Shown piece after piece: positions 60,353 to 64,000 of a stretch of DNA of 64,000 nucleotides (position 1 is its first letter; every line of letters begins with the position of its first letter). Below the pieces are notes generated by a model. That model had not been told where the DNA came from and did no database searches. It worked only from the letters and a program-made list of their open reading frames with translations. The translations under genes were made by a program, and so were the position numbers. Source of the stretch: Escherichia coli (GTDB lineage: Bacteria; Pseudomonadota; Gammaproteobacteria; Enterobacterales; Enterobacteriaceae); the NCBI RefSeq assembly GCF_050320075.1, contig NZ_CP190018.1, one strand, 5' to 3'.

Positions 60353-62748
60353 TTAATACTCTCCCCCATTTGCGCATCAGTTAATTCTTTATGCCAGAGA
60401 CGAAGATTTCTCAAATGGCCGAATAGATGACGTGTCCCTGATGTGGCTTGACCTCCTATTCTAATAAAGGTCCGCGTTTTTACGCCCGTCCATTCCGTTT
60501 CAATGGTTTTAGTAGCCTCACCGTTAGAAACTACTCGTTTAGTACCGTCAGAATAAATATTAAAACCACCAATGAATTTTCGAACATCCGTTCGACCAGT
60601 AAACAAACTAGAAACGTAACTACTTGTCGACGCTTTATAAGTTTGCATATAAAGCTGACCGTAATATCTCTCGGTTGTGTTAAAAGCGTATGTGATTGAC
60701 TCAATAGGCGGCACACCAGAAAAATCAAAAATACGCGGTGCTACATTAGGGGGAATATCGCCCCAATTCCTGTTAACCTCGACCAAACAAGTAAGCGGTC
60801 TGTTATAAATGTTGTTTTCGGTCGGGATCGTAACCATATCACTCGCACGAGTCGCCGCCGTCGCTCCTGATATAATAAAAGATGATACACAAGGCCCATC
60901 TTCTACTTGTGGGGTGGCCAGATAAATATAGTCACCAGATACGGTTGCCCCGCTCTGCTTAGGAGAATACTGTATCTGAGAGCCTATTTTTAACTCCCCA
61001 TCAATTGCCTGAATTGTTGCCTCTGCAAAAATCCATCCGGTAGCTTCGTCCTTTCTGACTCTCGCTGTAATCCTTGAGGCAGCACCGCCTGTCATATTAA
61101 TTTCAAGCGTTTGTGTATCAATATACGCATCACCAAGAAAAGTTGTTGCGCTACCGTCATATTTATCAAACCGGATACGCAACCTTACCTGCAGTTCTGT
61201 TTTAAAACGACATGAGGTTGTCACGTATTTATTATCGCCTGAGACATCAACTGACTTTGTTGCAGCAATTGATGCCATATTAATGGCTGAGGTTTGCCCA
61301 ATCAGAGAATCGTTACAGACAAACTTTCCATAGGTAAAACCAAAACTATCCGTCCCGGTTTCGGGAACATCCATATTTGACGATCGCCCCCAACTGGCAG
61401 GGCTTTCCGAATTGAGCATGTAGTTCGCTCTTTGCCCCTCAATAAGCAGGCCATCACGTTCAAATCGTGGCTCGTCAATGGCAGCCTCTGTCAGCACACC
61501 AGATTTATTAATATAGGTTGCTTTCGATGCGCGTTTAAACTTTACAACCTTATCGCCAGGCATCGTTATTTCATCATCACCAATAACAATCTTTTTATAT
61601 GACGGCGAAAACCCCGTAATCATATCCAGTGAATCGTTAAACGGTATCCACACATCAGGCAACGGCTGCAAAACTTGTTTATACGGCTCCGCTGCCTGGC
61701 TTGCATACTCTCTGGCTGCGTCTTCACTTGCTTTAGCTGCTGTCTGGCTTGCTGCCGATGCTTGCGCCGAGTTCGCCGCTGTAGTCTCGCTCGCCTTTGC
61801 GTTGTCTTCACTGGTTTTTGCAGCTCTTTGACTGTTGGCTGATGCCGTGGCAGAAGCAGCCGCCGCGCTTGCAGAACCAGCTGCGGCACTCTCGCTTTGG
61901 GCCGCTGCATCCTGACTGTTTTTCGCCGCAGTTTCGCTGGCTTTGGCATTCGTTTCGCTGGTCTTCGCTGCAGTCTCGCTTGTCTTTGCGTTGGTTTCAC
62001 TGGTTTTTGCAGCTCTTTGACTGTTGGCTGATGCCGTGGCAGAAGTAGCCGCCGCACTTGCAGAACTGGCTGCCGCTCTCTCGCTTTGGGCTGCTGCATC
62101 CTGACTGTTTTTTGCTGCGGTAGCGGAGTTTGCTGCGGCACTCTGACTCGATTCTGCAGCCACCTCGCTATTTTTCGCATTAGTTTCGCTGGTCTTTGAA
62201 GCTGTCTCACTCGCTTTTGAGTTGTTTTCTGATTTTTTGGCTGCAGTCGCGGAGTTTGCCGATGCAGTCTGTGAGGCCGCTGCCGCCTGTGCGCTGTTAG
62301 CTGCATTCGTTTCTGAGGTTTTCGCCGCGTTCTTCGATGATGCCGCTGCAGTTTCGGATGTCTTTGCCGCCGCTGCGCTCTGAGAGGCGGCTTCAGCGTT
62401 GCGTGCCGCTTCTTCCACCATTTCCTGAAAACGGCGCAATGCCTCCGGCATGACATCATCTTCCGTCATGGCACCGAGAAAATCATTCAGCGTCCCCGGA
62501 CTGGAACCTTCATAGACGGTAATGGTCCCGGCATGTGAAGGCGGAAAACCTTCAACCAGCAGGATGACGCTGTACTGGCCATACTCAACGTCCATACTGT
62601 AACGCCCGGCTTCATCAGGATTTTCAGAGGCCACCGTGTTCACCAGTACCGTGGTGCTGTTACGCTTTGCCTTCAGTTGAATAGTGCAGTTCTGTATTGG
62701 TTTTCCCGCACCATCTTTCAGCACACCTGAGATTTTTACTGCTGCCAT
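60349..62748 (-). CDS. stf: Side tail fibre protein Stf-like (lambda Stf N-terminus, Ala/Ser/Thr-rich repeat shaft, LamG-like distal domain)
   Basis: N-terminus MAAVKISGVLKDGAGKPIQNCTIQLKAKRNSTTV... matches lambda Stf as I recall it; C-terminus ...FGHLRNLRLWHKELTDAQ resembles LamG-domain ends; ATG at 62748. Confidence 0.8.
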   Translation of the reverse strand: MAAVKISGVLKDGAGKPIQNCTIQLKAKRNSTTVLVNTVASENPDEAGRYSMDVEYGQYSVILLVEGFPPSHAGTITVYEGSSPGTLNDFLGAMTEDDVMPEALRRFQEMVEEAARNAEAASQSAAAAKTSETAAASSKNAAKTSETNAANSAQAAAASQTASANSATAAKKSENNSKASETASKTSETNAKNSEVAAESSQSAAANSATAAKNSQDAAAQSERAAASSASAAATSATASANSQRAAKTSETNAKTSETAAKTSETNAKASETAAKNSQDAAAQSESAAAGSASAAAASATASANSQRAAKTSEDNAKASETTAANSAQASAASQTAAKASEDAAREYASQAAEPYKQVLQPLPDVWIPFNDSLDMITGFSPSYKKIVIGDDEITMPGDKVVKFKRASKATYINKSGVLTEAAIDEPRFERDGLLIEGQRANYMLNSESPASWGRSSNMDVPETGTDSFGFTYGKFVCNDSLIGQTSAINMASIAATKSVDVSGDNKYVTTSCRFKTELQVRLRIRFDKYDGSATTFLGDAYIDTQTLEINMTGGAASRITARVRKDEATGWIFAEATIQAIDGELKIGSQIQYSPKQSGATVSGDYIYLATPQVEDGPCVSSFIISGATAATRASDMVTIPTENNIYNRPLTCLVEVNRNWGDIPPNVAPRIFDFSGVPPIESITYAFNTTERYYGQLYMQTYKASTSSYVSSLFTGRTDVRKFIGGFNIYSDGTKRVVSNGEATKTIETEWTGVKTRTFIRIGGQATSGTRHLFGHLRNLRLWHKELTDAQMGESIK
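61809..62122. repeat. Tandem direct repeat (period 189 bp) inside stf
   Basis: cactggtttttgcagctctttgactgttggctgatgccgtggcagaag... occurs at 61809 and again at 61998. Confidence 0.8.
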
Positions 62749-62812
62749 ATCCACTCCACAAAAAAGCCCGCCTGAACCGGCGGGCTGTCATAACACTGTG
62801 TTACCTGGCTAA

Positions 62813-63412
62813 TCAGAATTTATAACCGACACCCACGATGAAACCGTCAGTGTGCCAGTCACCACTGCCGGAGCCTTCATAAGCAAGGTCAATGGCCACG
62901 GATTCGGTCGGGTTAAACTGCACGCCAGCCCCCCACGCCAGAGACGTGTCGCTGTGGCGACCGTCATCACTTCCGTTCAGCACATCGTACGTTTTCCCCT
63001 TATTGTCAGTTACGCGGAGATAATCCCCGGAGAAGGTCGACACACGGCTGTAAGCCACGCCCGCCATCGCATACGCGCTGAACCATTCATTCACGCGTAC
63101 AGACGGCCCCGCCATCATGCTGAACCAGCGGTTACGCACTGAATCTTCATGCCAGCGGGTATCGCTGTAACGGGTAATCTGGCGATTCTTGTCTCCTGCA
63201 TAACTGAATGACGTCACCAGCCCCAGCGTGTCCGTAAATTCATAACGGTATTTCACGTTAATGCCCTTCAGGTCATCACTGCCTGGCATATCAGTATGGG
63301 CCTGAAGATACCCGGCGCTTAGTGTGGACTGATGCTCTGCTGCGCTCGCTGGCGTACCAACGGCAACCAGCCAGACTACTGCGGACAGAATAACAGCACA
63401 TAATTTACGCAT
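62813..63412 (-). CDS. lom: Outer membrane protein Lom (Ail/Lom family)
   Basis: 199 aa, near-identical to lambda Lom as I recall it (MRKL.A.ILSA...[11 protein letters not shown]...GVGYKF). Confidence 0.85.
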   Translation of the reverse strand: MRKLCAVILSAVVWLVAVGTPASAAEHQSTLSAGYLQAHTDMPGSDDLKGINVKYRYEFTDTLGLVTSFSYAGDKNRQITRYSDTRWHEDSVRNRWFSMMAGPSVRVNEWFSAYAMAGVAYSRVSTFSGDYLRVTDNKGKTYDVLNGSDDGRHSDTSLAWGAGVQFNPTESVAIDLAYEGSGSGDWHTDGFIVGVGYKF

Positions 63413-63479
63413 AATTACCTCTCGCTTTTCTGCAATAAAAAAGGCGTCATTTCTGACGCCCGTATTGGGGTTATAAAAT

Positions 63480-64000
63480 TCAGCTGATACTGATGCCTGC
63501 GGTGGCTTTCTTCATCACCACAACCAGCAAATCGCTGATACTTGCTGTGGGATACCAGTCATTTACCAGCCATGCTGACACCGAAAACTCCAGCGTCATG
63601 TGACCGTGACCGGCAGGCATATCAACAACGCCACTGTAAATCAGCGTATTATCCAGCGCGGTACGGTTATAAATTTCAGCACCGTTTTTCCGCACTATCA
63701 GACGGCATGAGGAGTAAATATCAGTATGCTCTCTCTCATGTTTAGCGCCGCTGAATGCCACCGCCGGAATAACAATCTGCCGGTCAAACGGCTGATCGTC
63801 ATAAACCCTGACGGTAATGGTCCCTGATGGCCACCGTTCCGGTGCACGGGAGTCACGGGGGAAAGCTTTGCCCACTGTTTTAACGAGATCGCCTTCAATC
63901 TGGTTCGCGGACAGTTTTCCCAGAACCCGGCAATTCTCGTTAATCGTGACGTTGTTGAGCGTCCCGGAGTTCGCATTCACGTTACCGCTGATATCGGCAT
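63480..64000 (-). CDS. J: Tail tip host-specificity protein J, C-terminal part (5' end beyond window)
   Basis: - strand frame open from window end to stop at 63480; position upstream of lom as in lambda. Confidence 0.7.
   Translation of the reverse strand, partial: ADISGNVNANSGTLNNVTINENCRVLGKLSANQIEGDLVKTVGKAFPRDSRAPERWPSGTITVRVYDDQPFDRQIVIPAVAFSGAKHEREHTDIYSSCRLIVRKNGAEIYNRTALDNTLIYSGVVDMPAGHGHMTLEFSVSAWLVNDWYPTASISDLLVVVMKKATAGISIS

Larger units (their letters stand above)
55790..64000. mobile_element. Right end of a lambda-like prophage at att-lambda (attR, cargo region, tail-fibre module, lom, J 3' end); continues beyond window
   Basis: att core + P arm at 55790-55947; Lom, Stf-like and J-like proteins on - strand at 59021-64000. 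Confidence 0.85.

Noticed and set aside
61809-62122. Possible CRISPR-like array suggested by regularly spaced repeats
   Set aside because: The repeat unit is 189 bp, in-frame and coding within stf, with no short unique spacers and no cas genes nearby; not a CRISPR array.
61620-62459. 279-aa Arg/Gln-rich - strand ORF and the 83-aa + strand ORF (61797-62048) inside stf
   Set aside because: Alternative-frame and antisense readings of the repetitive Ala/Ser/Thr-rich stf shaft; their low-complexity composition is an artefact of the tandem repeat.

Overview
This window is Escherichia coli chromosome, colinear with the K-12 ybiU-to-ybhB interval (the bio/uvrB/moa/gln/dps neighbourhood) but read in the opposite orientation, and it ends in the right arm of a lambda-like prophage integrated at the lambda attachment site. 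Gene calls rest on the supplied ORF track plus my recognition of the translated proteins; I ran no database search, so all family assignments and all comparisons with K-12 or phage lambda are from memory. Core genes recognised in order: ybiU (partial), ybiT, ldtB, ybiR, mntR, mntS, opgE, ompX, rhtA, dps, glnHPQ, ybiO, rlmF, mcbA, fiu, ybiX, ybiI, ybiJ, ybiC, ybiB, dinG, rhlE, cecR, ybhGFSR, ybhQ, ybhP, clsB, ybhN, a ybhM-position ORF, ybhL, moaEDCBA, ybhK, uvrB, bioDCFB, bioA, ybhB. Three accessory differences from K-12 stand out. (1) A LacI-type regulator, an MFS transporter and a GH31 glycosidase sit between the convergent ybiU and ybiT. (2) A ParE-like toxin with an unusually long antitoxin occupies the ybiA position between rhlE and dinG. 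(3) Beyond ybhB, a lambda-type attR core (55790-55804) followed by a P arm and sib/tI-like terminator that match phage lambda as I recall it; then come two visibly AT-rich cargo ORFs on the + strand, and on the - strand a small membrane ORF, a mosaic tail-fibre module, lom and the 3' end of J. The most interesting candidate for an undescribed system is the cargo pair next to attR: a DUF2971-like protein (56511-57389) and a coiled-coil protein with a C-terminal zinc ribbon (57935-58348), separated by a spacer with an 11-C homopolymer tract. They sit where lambda carries its ea genes. Their function (defence, counter-defence or other) cannot be decided from sequence alone. No rRNA, tRNA, CRISPR array or IS element was recognised.
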